Assembly: GCA_963677485.1 (NCBI GenBank)
Contig: OY781964.1
Span: forward strand, 4,704,001 to 4,768,000
Reading direction: 5' to 3'
DNA length: 64,000 bases
DNA from: Armatimonadota bacterium
GTDB lineage: Bacteria > Armatimonadota > HRBIN16
The number at the start of each line of letters is the position of its first letter. The stretch's first letter is position 1. The notes below the pieces were generated by a model that worked only from the letters and a program-made list of their open reading frames with translations, ran no database searches and was not told the origin of the DNA. The position numbers were made by a program, and so were the translations under genes. Shown in pieces: positions 1 to 8,945 of the stretch.

Positions 1-2
1 TC

Positions 3-590
3 ATACAACCGTCCCTGAGCAAAAGCAGCTCGGAACCGCCCTGCAGCGACCCAGCACATTTTCACTACACAACTGCCTACATTACGCGGCTTTCCGGGGA
101 GGACGTCCAGGAACTCTCCACGAGTGCAATCTCCGCTGAAGCAGATCGTGTCCTCTTTAGCCATGCCGTCCGAGTCATTGACATGGATTGACACGCCGTT
201 CAGCATGACACCACGGCCAGCTTCCGCCACATACATCTCGTCGATTTTCGGCAGGAATATGACACCCAGAACGGGCTCGAGGTTGTGCAGCAGAGCCACC
301 GATACACCCCATAATGGCATCCCCAGCGAGTAGTTCGTGGTGCCATCAATAGGATCGCAAGCCCACAGATACTCAGCTTGCCTGTTGGTCACTTCCTGCT
401 CTTCTCCGTAAAACCCGCTTCCGGGGATCAGCGGCAAAAGTTGCTTGCGCAGATAACTCTCAACCGCCTTATCTGCATTCGTGACTACGCTTTCGTCGGC
501 CTTCAACTCTATCTCAAGCTCGGATTGAAGCTTGAGTGCCATCAAACCGGCATGCCTCACATGTTCAACGATGATACTGGTATCTACCAT
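3..590 (-). CDS. Inositol monophosphatase family protein (SuhB-like), 3' end outside the window
   Basis: Not in the ORF track; manual translation from ATG at 590 gives MVDTSIIVEH...VVTNADKAVE...FYGEE...YLWACDPIDGTTNY..., the IMPase GEE and WxxDPIDGT motifs; frame stays open to the window edge. Confidence 0.88.
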   Translation of the reverse strand, partial: MVDTSIIVEHVRHAGLMALKLQSELEIELKADESVVTNADKAVESYLRKQLLPLIPGSGFYGEEQEVTNRQAEYLWACDPIDGTTNYSLGMPLWGVSVALLHNLEPVLGVIFLPKIDEMYVAEAGRGVMLNGVSIHVNDSDGMAKEDTICFSGDCTRGEFLDVLPGKPRNVGSCVVKMCWVAAGRFRAAFAQGRLY

Positions 591-661
591 TCTGAATATA
601 TCCCTTCAAAAAAATGAGGTGTTGGCCTGTTTTGCCAACACCTCAATGATTTTCATCGTGG

Positions 662-1585
662 CTAGAAGCTCACCTGTGAAAGCATCGCCTTCAACGCATC
701 TCCAGAGGCTTTCAGCCCGGCAGCCTCATCCTCAGGCAGTTGAGGATCTATGACGCATTCTACGCCCTTACGGCCGATGATGGTGGGCAGACTGATACAA
801 ACATCGGACATCCCGCACTGTCCGCTCATCAAAGAGGAGACCGGCAGCACCGATTGTCTATCCAGTGCGATCGCATGAACCACTTCAGCGATGGCGATAC
901 CCACGCCGTATCCCGCTCCGCCCTTCAGTTTGATCATCTCAGCACCGCTTTTTTTGGTGCGATCGAAAATCTCATCCACTTTGGCTTTGTCATACCCACG
1001 GAAACTGCTCATGGCGACACCGTTGATGGTGGCGGAGCTCCAAGCTGCGATCATGCTGTCACCGTGTTCGCCAAGAACCAATGCCTTGACGTCAAGCGCA
1101 GATACATTGAAGTATTCGGCAAGGAATGAGCGGAAGCGGAGGGTGTCCAGCGTTGTGCCCAGACCTATCACTTGGTTGGAGGGAAGTCCGATCTCCTTGA
1201 CGGCTAGATAGGTCAGAATGTCGACGGGGTTGCTGACAACCAGAATAATGGTGTTATGATCAATCACCTTCTTGAGGTCTTGAATAATACCGCGGAATAG
1301 TCCCACATTGCGGTTGATCAAGTCAAGGCGTGACTCGTCTGGCTTACGGCGCAACCCCGCCGTGATGACGACGATATCGGAACCAGCCGCCTGCTCAATC
1401 CCTCCGCTTGTGATCTTCTGGGATGCAACGTATGCGGAACCATGACGCAGGTCAAGTGCTTCACCTGCAGCCATGTCTAAATTAACATCTATAACTGCCA
1501 GCTCTTTGACGATGCCAGCGAGTTGAAGCGCGAACAGGGCGTTGGAGCCTACACGGCCTCCGCCTCCGATAACGCTAACCTTCAT
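662..1585 (-). CDS. LDH/MDH family dehydrogenase, probably LDH-like malate dehydrogenase
   Basis: Rossmann GGGGRVG, ITAGLRRKPDESRLDL loop with Arg at the specificity position, VSNPVD, LDTLR, GEHGDS. Confidence 0.85.
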   Translation of the reverse strand: MKVSVIGGGGRVGSNALFALQLAGIVKELAVIDVNLDMAAGEALDLRHGSAYVASQKITSGGIEQAAGSDIVVITAGLRRKPDESRLDLINRNVGLFRGIIQDLKKVIDHNTIILVVSNPVDILTYLAVKEIGLPSNQVIGLGTTLDTLRFRSFLAEYFNVSALDVKALVLGEHGDSMIAAWSSATINGVAMSSFRGYDKAKVDEIFDRTKKSGAEMIKLKGGAGYGVGIAIAEVVHAIALDRQSVLPVSSLMSGQCGMSDVCISLPTIIGRKGVECVIDPQLPEDEAAGLKASGDALKAMLSQVSF

Positions 1586-1702
1586 TTGGTCTTCTCCTTA
1601 ATGTAATGGCCGCGGATGTCCGCCGGCCAAGCATGGTAACGAAGGCGGTATTGCTGCCTACAATACAATTGTATCTTACCCAGCGTTAGTTTGCGAAATA
1701 AA

Positions 1703-3112
1703 TCACAATATATACCGGCTCACCTCATCCATGCTGATGGTGTCAGCCATCTGCTTTACCACCATGTTACTGTCAACCACGACAGTCTGCCCCGATAAAG
1801 TGTCGGCCGAGAAGCTGACCTCTTCTAGCACTCGCTCGAGAACGGTCTGCAACCTCCGGGCACCGATGTTCTCTTGGTGTGCATTGATATCGGCGGCTAT
1901 ACTTGCGATGGCGGTGATCGCATCGGGTTGAAACACCAAATGCACGCCTTCCGTAGCCAGTAAGGCTTCATACTGTTTGACGAGCGCGTTGTGCGGTTCC
2001 ACTAGAATACGCTCAAAGTCAGCCTGTGTTAAGCTGTCCAGCTCCACTCTGATGGGCAACCGCCCTTGAAGCTCCGGCACCAGATCACTGGGCTTTGACA
2101 TGTGAAATGCCCCAGCAGCGATAAACAGCACATGCTGGGTCTTAACGGGCCCGTGCTTGGTATTAACTGTCGTGCCCTCAATGATGGGCAGCAGGTCACG
2201 CTGCACACCCTCTCGAGAGACATCAGCCCCTGAACGGCCCTGAGAGCCCGCGATCTTGTCGATCTCGTCGATAAACACAATGCCCTGTTGTTCTGTGCGT
2301 TGGATGGCGAGTTGAATCAATTCATCCTTGTCGAGCAGTTCCTTCGCGCATTCCTGAGCATAGATGCGCTTAGCCTCGAGCACAGTCACTCGTCGGCGTC
2401 TCTTCTTACCGCCCAGCAGGTTCTGTAACGCCTCTGGTATATCGCCGCCGCCCTCATCGGAATCCTGTTGGCCATAAGCCTGAAAAGGGGTCGTTTGAGC
2501 GGCTCCGGCTGAGACCTCGATTTCGATCTCGTCGTTATCCCGTTCTCCATCGATGATCTGCTTGCGGAACCTGGCAGCAAGCCGGTCCTCGGCTTCGGAG
2601 CTGGGTGGTTCCGCCTCTCCTTCTGTGCTGGGTGCCGCTTTTTGGTTGAAGATGGAGCCGAAGAAGGGCAGGGGACCGGATTCTGTTTTGCGTTTACGGC
2701 TAGGAATGAACACATCAATGATGCGTTCAACCGCCATCTGAGCCGCTTTGTCCTTCACCATCTCCGTCTTTTCGGTTTCGACCAGCCGAAGCGCGACCTG
2801 CAGCAGATCGCGAACGATGGAATCCACATCGCGGCCGACATAACCCACTTCGGTGAACTTGGTGGCTTCAACCTTTAGAAATGGCGCGTTGACCAACAAA
2901 GCCATACGCCTGGCGATTTCGGTCTTGCCAACGCCCGTCGGGCCCATCATGAGTATGTTCTTGGGAATCACCTCGTCACGGAAGTCATCAGGCAGCAACG
3001 CACGCCTGTAGCGGTTACGCAGAGCGATCGCGACCGCCCGCTTTGCCTTCGACTGTCCGATGATGTATCGGTCAAGCTGAGCCATGACCTCGGCTGGGGT
3101 TAAGTTTTGCAT
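1703..3112 (-). CDS. hslU: ATP-dependent protease ATPase subunit HslU
   Basis: IIGQSKAKRAVAIALRNR, Walker A GPTGVGKTE, EATKFTEVGYVG, FIDEIDK, GVQRDLLP, ENIGARRL, C-terminal RYIL; start set at MQNL (3112). Confidence 0.97.
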   Translation of the reverse strand: MQNLTPAEVMAQLDRYIIGQSKAKRAVAIALRNRYRRALLPDDFRDEVIPKNILMMGPTGVGKTEIARRMALLVNAPFLKVEATKFTEVGYVGRDVDSIVRDLLQVALRLVETEKTEMVKDKAAQMAVERIIDVFIPSRKRKTESGPLPFFGSIFNQKAAPSTEGEAEPPSSEAEDRLAARFRKQIIDGERDNDEIEIEVSAGAAQTTPFQAYGQQDSDEGGGDIPEALQNLLGGKKRRRRVTVLEAKRIYAQECAKELLDKDELIQLAIQRTEQQGIVFIDEIDKIAGSQGRSGADVSREGVQRDLLPIIEGTTVNTKHGPVKTQHVLFIAAGAFHMSKPSDLVPELQGRLPIRVELDSLTQADFERILVEPHNALVKQYEALLATEGVHLVFQPDAITAIASIAADINAHQENIGARRLQTVLERVLEEVSFSADTLSGQTVVVDSNMVVKQMADTISMDEVSRYIL

Positions 3113-3114
3113 GA

Positions 3115-3663
3115 CTAAGCCTCCTGAACGGCTGGCAGCACTTCGCAAATGATACGATCATTGGTATAGATACACAGCTCTGATGCGATCTTCATCGCTT
3201 CTTTTGCGATAAACGAAGCATCATTCTCAGTATGGGCCAACAAGGCCCGCGCGGCTGCGGTGGCATAGTTCCCGCCGCTGCCTATGGCGATCACATCACC
3301 CTCTGGTTCAATCACATTCCCATCTCCCGACAGCAAGAGCAGTCCTGTGTTGTCCGCGACGATCATCATTGCTTCTAGACGACGCAGATTTCGGTCGGTG
3401 CGCCATTCCTTGGCGAAGTCGACAGCCGCCCGCTTGAGTATGCCTCCGCTGGCCTCCAGTTTGGCTTCAAACGCATCGCTGAGAGCCTGCGCATCCGCGA
3501 CAGAGCCTGCGAAACCCGCCAGCACCTTGCCATGGTACATGCTGCGAACCTTGCGGGCGTTGCCTTTCAGCACCACCTCTCCCAAGGTGACCTGACCATC
3601 GGCTGCTAATGCGGTGATGCCGTTCCGACGTACGGCCACGACCGTGGTGCTACGAATCTTCAT
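3115..3663 (-). CDS. hslV: ATP-dependent protease peptidase subunit HslV
   Basis: N-terminal TT nucleophile, ADGQVT, GFAGSVADA, IGSGGNYA, CIYTN. Confidence 0.97.
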   Translation of the reverse strand: MKIRSTTVVAVRRNGITALAADGQVTLGEVVLKGNARKVRSMYHGKVLAGFAGSVADAQALSDAFEAKLEASGGILKRAAVDFAKEWRTDRNLRRLEAMMIVADNTGLLLLSGDGNVIEPEGDVIAIGSGGNYATAAARALLAHTENDASFIAKEAMKIASELCIYTNDRIICEVLPAVQEA

Positions 3664-4600
3664 CTTTATCTATCTCCTGCATGGCAAGTGGGTGAGCACG
3701 CTCGTAGTCTTTCCTGAGATTACCTTTCGAGACGTGCGTATATATCTGTGTGGTGATGATACTAGCGTGCCCCAGCAGCTCCTGGACGCTGCGGATGTCG
3801 GCACCATGATCGAGTAAGTGGGTCGCAAAGGAGTGCCTGAGTGTGTGTGGCGTGGCAGGTGATCCTTGTGTGTGCTCATCAACCAGGGCATGAAAAATGC
3901 GTCGTATCGATCGGTCGGTCAGATGTCCACCGTTCGCGTTGAGAAATAACCAGCCAGGGTCATTGGCCTTCACTAGCTGCGGTCTCAACTCTCCAATGTA
4001 GCTTTGCAATGCCTGGCTTGCTGGGTCACCAAATATCACCAGCCGCACCTTACGTCCTTTACCGACCACCCTGATCTGACAGGACGCCCAGTCAATATCG
4101 CCGATTTTGATTGCTGCCAATTCCGAAATGCGTAACCCCGTGGCGTAAAGCAATTCTAAAATGGCGAGATCGCGCAAGACGAACCGGCTTGCTTCGTCGC
4201 CAGCCAGGCTGTCTGTGATCTGCTGCTCAGTCAACACCGTGGGCAGTTCGCGTGGGATCGATGGCAGCGTCAGTCCGTTCGTGGGATTCTCCATCGACGG
4301 GGTTTCACTGCATAGCATGGCATACAGACATCTCAACGCCGCCATCCGGCGGTGGACCGTTCTTACCGACAGGGCGTGCCGGTAGAGATGAGCGAGGTAG
4401 CCCCGCACACTTAACGTGGTGACGCACTGCCAGTCTGCGCAGCTATTATCGTGAAGGTAATTCGCAATATCCATCAGATCACATCTATAGTTACGTAAAG
4501 TGTGCTCTGACAGGTTCCGCTTGGTCGCAAGCTGTTGAAGCAGGCTCTCAATTGGCCGTGTCAATGACTCAGGGAGTGCTAGTCCGTGATGCTGTTCCAC
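3650..4600 (-). CDS. xerC: Tyrosine recombinase XerC/CodV
   Basis: LYATGLRISEL, GKGRKVR, PHTLRHSFATHLL, LLGH, TTQIYTH; trmFO-xerC-hslVU order as in the Bacillus cod operon. Confidence 0.88.
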   Translation of the reverse strand: MEQHHGLALPESLTRPIESLLQQLATKRNLSEHTLRNYRCDLMDIANYLHDNSCADWQCVTTLSVRGYLAHLYRHALSVRTVHRRMAALRCLYAMLCSETPSMENPTNGLTLPSIPRELPTVLTEQQITDSLAGDEASRFVLRDLAILELLYATGLRISELAAIKIGDIDWASCQIRVVGKGRKVRLVIFGDPASQALQSYIGELRPQLVKANDPGWLFLNANGGHLTDRSIRRIFHALVDEHTQGSPATPHTLRHSFATHLLDHGADIRSVQELLGHASIITTQIYTHVSKGNLRKDYERAHPLAMQEIDKDEDS

Positions 4601-5898
4601 CAGTCGTCAAACCTCATCTGTGCGTTTGTTACCTTGGCAGCATATCTATCTTTTTTGCTGCGAATATGGTCGCCCTCTTCTGCAATGATACCCAGATTTG
4701 CGTTCACAGGTTGGAAATGCTTCACTTCAGGGAAGCAGATGGCGTTGATGAGCGATCCCAAGATCGTCTGCTTGGGAGGAAACACCAGTGTTTGCTGCGA
4801 CTGTTGCCTGCGAAGGTTAAACGCTGCCAGTATACCGGTCGCGGCACTCTCAACATAACCTTCTACACCGGTGATCTGGCCGGCAAGAAAGATATTAGGT
4901 TCATCACGTAGTTGCAGAGTGGGCAACAGAACCTCTGGAGCGTTCACAAACGTGTTTCGGTGCATGGCACCGTAGCGGGTGAACTCGGCTTTTTCTAGAC
5001 CAGGAACCAATCTAAAAACACGCGTCTGATCAGGCCACTTCATACGGGTCTGGCAACCTACCAGCCCGTAGACGGTTCCTTCAGAGTTTTCCTGGCGCAA
5101 CTGAATGCAGGCCCAAGGCCGCCGTCCTGTGCGAGGGTCAGTCAGGCCTACCGGCTTGAAGGGGCCATATCGCAGCGTGTCGGCTCCGCGTTCGGCCAAA
5201 ACCTCCACGGGAAGACAGCCTTCGAAGTAGCTGGGCTTATCCACATCACTCCAGGGCACACGAGCAGCTTCCAGAAGCGCTTCGTAGAACAGGTCATACT
5301 CCGGTTTGGAGAATGGGCAGTTCAAGTAACTATCCGGCTCGCCTTTGTCATATCGGCTGGCAGCAAACACCACATCAAGGTCCAGTGAGCTCTTCTCGAT
5401 GGAGGGCGCGATCGCGTCATAGAATGAGAGCTGCTGTTGTCCCACGATCGCAGCCAGGGCCTCAGCCAGCGGCTCAGATGTCAACGGCCCTGATGCCAGA
5501 ATCATCGGCTGGTCGGCGGGCAGTGAGGTAACCTCTTCCCGAATGACGTTGATCAGTTCATGCGACTGCAAAGCCTGGGTCACCTGAGCGCCGAAACGCT
5601 CGCGGTCCACCGCCAGAGCGTGACCTGCCGGCACGCGGGTCTTTTCGGCTATGTCAAGCAACAAGGAGCCCATCTTGCGCATCTCCCACTTCAACTGTCC
5701 TGAGGCGCTGTCCCAGCGGTCACTTTTCAGCGAGTTGCTGCAGACTATCTCAGCGAGAGCATCCGTGCTGTGAGCGGGTGTCATCTTGTGGGGACGCATC
5801 TCGTAGAGGTTCACGGGGATGCCGTGTTCTGCCAGGTGCCAGGCGGCTTCGGCTCCTGCGAGTCCTCCGCCTACAATGGTGATGGGTTTCTGTGCCAA
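4579..5898 (-). CDS. trmFO: Folate-dependent tRNA (uracil-5-)-methyltransferase TrmFO
   Basis: GGGLAGAEAA, YEMRP, EIVCSNS, FYDAIAP, YFEGCLPVE, GPFKPVGL, AGQITGVEGYVES. Confidence 0.96.
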   Translation of the reverse strand: MAQKPITIVGGGLAGAEAAWHLAEHGIPVNLYEMRPHKMTPAHSTDALAEIVCSNSLKSDRWDSASGQLKWEMRKMGSLLLDIAEKTRVPAGHALAVDRERFGAQVTQALQSHELINVIREEVTSLPADQPMILASGPLTSEPLAEALAAIVGQQQLSFYDAIAPSIEKSSLDLDVVFAASRYDKGEPDSYLNCPFSKPEYDLFYEALLEAARVPWSDVDKPSYFEGCLPVEVLAERGADTLRYGPFKPVGLTDPRTGRRPWACIQLRQENSEGTVYGLVGCQTRMKWPDQTRVFRLVPGLEKAEFTRYGAMHRNTFVNAPEVLLPTLQLRDEPNIFLAGQITGVEGYVESAATGILAAFNLRRQQSQQTLVFPPKQTILGSLINAICFPEVKHFQPVNANLGIIAEEGDHIRSKKDRYAAKVTNAQMRFDDWWNSITD

Positions 5899-6069
5899 AT
5901 ATATCTATCCTTCATGGTGCCATATGCGCGCTTCGGCATAGGGTGACCTAACTATACGATAACTGTCTGTGGTTGATTGTGCCAGCACGTAATGAACAGA
6001 TGCCCATCATCGGGTATAATACCGAAGTACCTATACTATGTTCCGGCACAGTAAACTAAATGATGTACG

Positions 6070-8541
6070 GTGGCAATGTCGAATCTGATGAATGAAAAGA
6101 CCCATAATTCCAGTGCTCCAAAACCGCTTAACCGGCTAGAGGTGATGCGTGCGCTGCGCGTGAGCATCATGAGCGGTGTGGTCTCCACTATTGCTGGAAC
6201 CCTTGTGGGCGGTGTTGTCCAAACCTCATTTGTGTTATGGCTTGGTGGCAGCAACATGCTGCTGGGTCTGCTCATGGCCATCCCCAGCTTCGCCGGATTG
6301 ATGCAGATGATCAGCTCATACTGGGCTGACAAATGGGTGTCGCGCCGGCAGTTCGTACTCGTATTCCTGTGGTTATCGACTATCTTGTGGATACCTCTAG
6401 CCTTCGTGCCGTTGTTCATGCCACACGCCCTGCGACTAACCGCCTTCTTCAGCATATTCTTGCTTATCAATATTGCGGGAACGGTCACCGCACCTGTGGC
6501 TACCTCGTGGCTGTCTGACCTGGTACCCGCCAGCCATCGCGGGCGGTATTTCGGGTATCGCAATATGCTGTTCGGGCTGGTGGGCACCATATTAGCCTTG
6601 CCTGTGGCTAGTTTCCTGGACATGGTGAAAAAGCACGGGTTGTTGCAGCCCCATATTGCCTACGCGATACTATTTATCTCCGCGTCTGTCGTCAGCGGGA
6701 TCGCGTTATTGATCTTACGTATGATGGCCGAGCCACTTCGCGAGCAGGCCCCGCCGACCGATACCCCCGTGGCGGTAAAAAAGGGTGCGGCGGCAATGCT
6801 GGAGTATTACCGAGCTCCATTCGTTGATAAGAACTTCCGTAAATTCTTGCAGTTTCAAGCGGTTCTGCTCTTAGGGCAGGTGTTTGCGGGCCCGTTCTAC
6901 ATGGCGTATGAGATCAAGGTTTTGAAACTGGATTTCATCGTGATCCAGTTGATTGGCACACTGTTGATGGCCTGTAACTTAGCCGGTATGCCGGTTTGGG
7001 GATATCTCAGCGACCGTTACGGCAACCGCGCCGTGGCGGGTATTTGCCTGGGAGCCACCGTGGTGAACACCGTGCTCTGGGCCTTTGCGATGGCCGGTAT
7101 GCCGTCGGTCAGCATCCCGGTGTTGATTGTGGCGGAAGCCATCGGCGGGTTTAGCTGGTCTGGTGTGGCCATCGCTCAAACGAACCTACTGATCGGTCAG
7201 TCACCTGCAGATAAACGCACGATTTACATCAGCACTTTTAGTGCGGTATGCGGAGTAATCGGTGGTATAGCACCACTCCTGGGCGGCCTCTTTATGCAGG
7301 AGTTGAGCTGGGTCCACTGGAAAGTTGGCCTTTATACCATCACGAATTACCAACTAATTTTCGTGGTAGCGGGATTGTTCAGGTTTTGGGCCTTAGTTGT
7401 GGTGCGTCGCATTCCCGAAGAGGGGCAGGAGGCGAAGCAGTTGCTTGGTGACCTCTCGAACAAGCCGATTGCCAGCATGAAGGCTATTCGCGGATTCAGG
7501 AAGAGCAAGGACGTGGTCAAGCGCCGTCAGGCGATTGGTGAACTGGCTGAGGTGCGATCGGCACTAGCCAGCGATGAGCTGCAGCAGGCACTCGATGACC
7601 CCGATGCTGAAGTGCGCCAGAGTGCGGCAGGTGTTCTGGGTGACATTGGCGATGAAAAGGCGATTGAAAGTCTCTCCCAGAAACTGATGGATGAGGGCAG
7701 CGGGGTGGGGGAACAAGCCGCCGAGGCTTTAGGCAAGATCCGCAGTGTGAGGGCCGTGGCCCCGTTGATTATTGCCTTGAATCACCCCCTTCGGAGTGTC
7801 CGCAAAGCCGCGGTGACCAGCCTTGGTATCATCGGTGACCCATCGGCCATCAAACCACTGTTGGAACTCGGTGAGTCTACCCATGACCCGTCTATCATCT
7901 ATGAGACAGCCATTACACTAGGGCGAATTGGCGGCAACGAAACCATCGCACCGCTGGTGATGCTGTCGAACCATGAAGATGCGGAGGTTCGTATCGCCGC
8001 CATTGACGCATTACGCAGTATCGGCGACGCCAGTTGTCTGGATGCCATTGTGGAGCGGTTGAAAGTGGAGAAGGTGTCGTCAGTCATCGGCTCACTGGCC
8101 TGGTGTGCCGGCAGCGTGAAAGCGCAGAGTGCCTTGCCCGCGCTGCTTGATTGTCTGGACAGAGTGGATGATGGGGTTCCATTGAAGCAGGTGGTCACGG
8201 GCATCGGCAGCATACTTGGGATTGAGAAACGGCTCTACCGCGTGATGACTATGGAAAACTTTGAACGCGACGGGCAGGTAAGTAGGCTGTTCGAGAGCAT
8301 CGAGAAACGGCTGCGCATACGAAAGACGCCACACATTGAATTGGCCATGGATGCACTCGATCGATATACTGAAAGCAACTATGCAGAAGCCATCCAGGCG
8401 ATCACCAAGCTGTGTCATAACCTGGGTTATCAGGACCAAACTCTGAATCACTTGAATGCACGCAGCCAGCAAAGGCCCATGCGGATGGCGGAGTTCCTGC
8501 TGGGTATCACAAGACTGCACTGGATATTAACGACTGACTAA
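6070..8541 (+). CDS. MFS transporter fused to a C-terminal HEAT-repeat domain
   Basis: About 12 hydrophobic segments with WLSDLVPASHRGRYFG and GYLSDRYGNR motifs, then repeats like LDDPDAEVRQSAAGVLGDIGD. Confidence 0.85.
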   Translation: MAMSNLMNEKTHNSSAPKPLNRLEVMRALRVSIMSGVVSTIAGTLVGGVVQTSFVLWLGGSNMLLGLLMAIPSFAGLMQMISSYWADKWVSRRQFVLVFLWLSTILWIPLAFVPLFMPHALRLTAFFSIFLLINIAGTVTAPVATSWLSDLVPASHRGRYFGYRNMLFGLVGTILALPVASFLDMVKKHGLLQPHIAYAILFISASVVSGIALLILRMMAEPLREQAPPTDTPVAVKKGAAAMLEYYRAPFVDKNFRKFLQFQAVLLLGQVFAGPFYMAYEIKVLKLDFIVIQLIGTLLMACNLAGMPVWGYLSDRYGNRAVAGICLGATVVNTVLWAFAMAGMPSVSIPVLIVAEAIGGFSWSGVAIAQTNLLIGQSPADKRTIYISTFSAVCGVIGGIAPLLGGLFMQELSWVHWKVGLYTITNYQLIFVVAGLFRFWALVVVRRIPEEGQEAKQLLGDLSNKPIASMKAIRGFRKSKDVVKRRQAIGELAEVRSALASDELQQALDDPDAEVRQSAAGVLGDIGDEKAIESLSQKLMDEGSGVGEQAAEALGKIRSVRAVAPLIIALNHPLRSVRKAAVTSLGIIGDPSAIKPLLELGESTHDPSIIYETAITLGRIGGNETIAPLVMLSNHEDAEVRIAAIDALRSIGDASCLDAIVERLKVEKVSSVIGSLAWCAGSVKAQSALPALLDCLDRVDDGVPLKQVVTGIGSILGIEKRLYRVMTMENFERDGQVSRLFESIEKRLRIRKTPHIELAMDALDRYTESNYAEAIQAITKLCHNLGYQDQTLNHLNARSQQRPMRMAEFLLGITRLHWILTTD

Positions 8542-8557
8542 GGAGTGATGGCATTAT

Positions 8558-8911
8558 ATGGATCTGGTGGAACTACGAAAAGCGATGTTGTTGTGCGGTG
8601 TGGACTGTGTGATTGGCAGGCAGTTATTGGGCGGTGAACAATGGGCAGAATCCCAGTTTGGCGTGGCAACCGACGATCACTATATCGCTCCCCGTACCGA
8701 TGGTTCCGGTGAGGTTGTCAATTGGCCTGAGGATATCAACAGTGATTTATGGGATGACCTGTTAGCTGAGATCGTGGAGAAGCTGGGCATCACTACCGCG
8801 GTGATTGCGTTTGAGGACGAACTGCCCGCCGGTCTGTTGATTAGGTGGCAGGAGGCGGCTCCGATGGCGTTGTTCCGAAGGGCCGATGAGTTGAAGTCTT
8901 TGTTGAAGTAA
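8558..8911 (+). CDS. Small hypothetical protein, weak resemblance to a creatinase/prolidase N-terminal domain
   Basis: RBS AAGGAG, 117 aa in operon position; LGITTAVIAFEDELP segment recalls M24 peptidase N-domains. Confidence 0.55.
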   Translation: MDLVELRKAMLLCGVDCVIGRQLLGGEQWAESQFGVATDDHYIAPRTDGSGEVVNWPEDINSDLWDDLLAEIVEKLGITTAVIAFEDELPAGLLIRWQEAAPMALFRRADELKSLLK

Positions 8912-8945
8912 CCACTGCGTGATCCTTGCGTCTGGAGGTGCCCCA

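Noticed and set aside
3650-4600. Tyrosine recombinase as a mobile-element integrase
   Set aside because: XerC-type sequence in the housekeeping trmFO-hslVU context, no att sites or cargo
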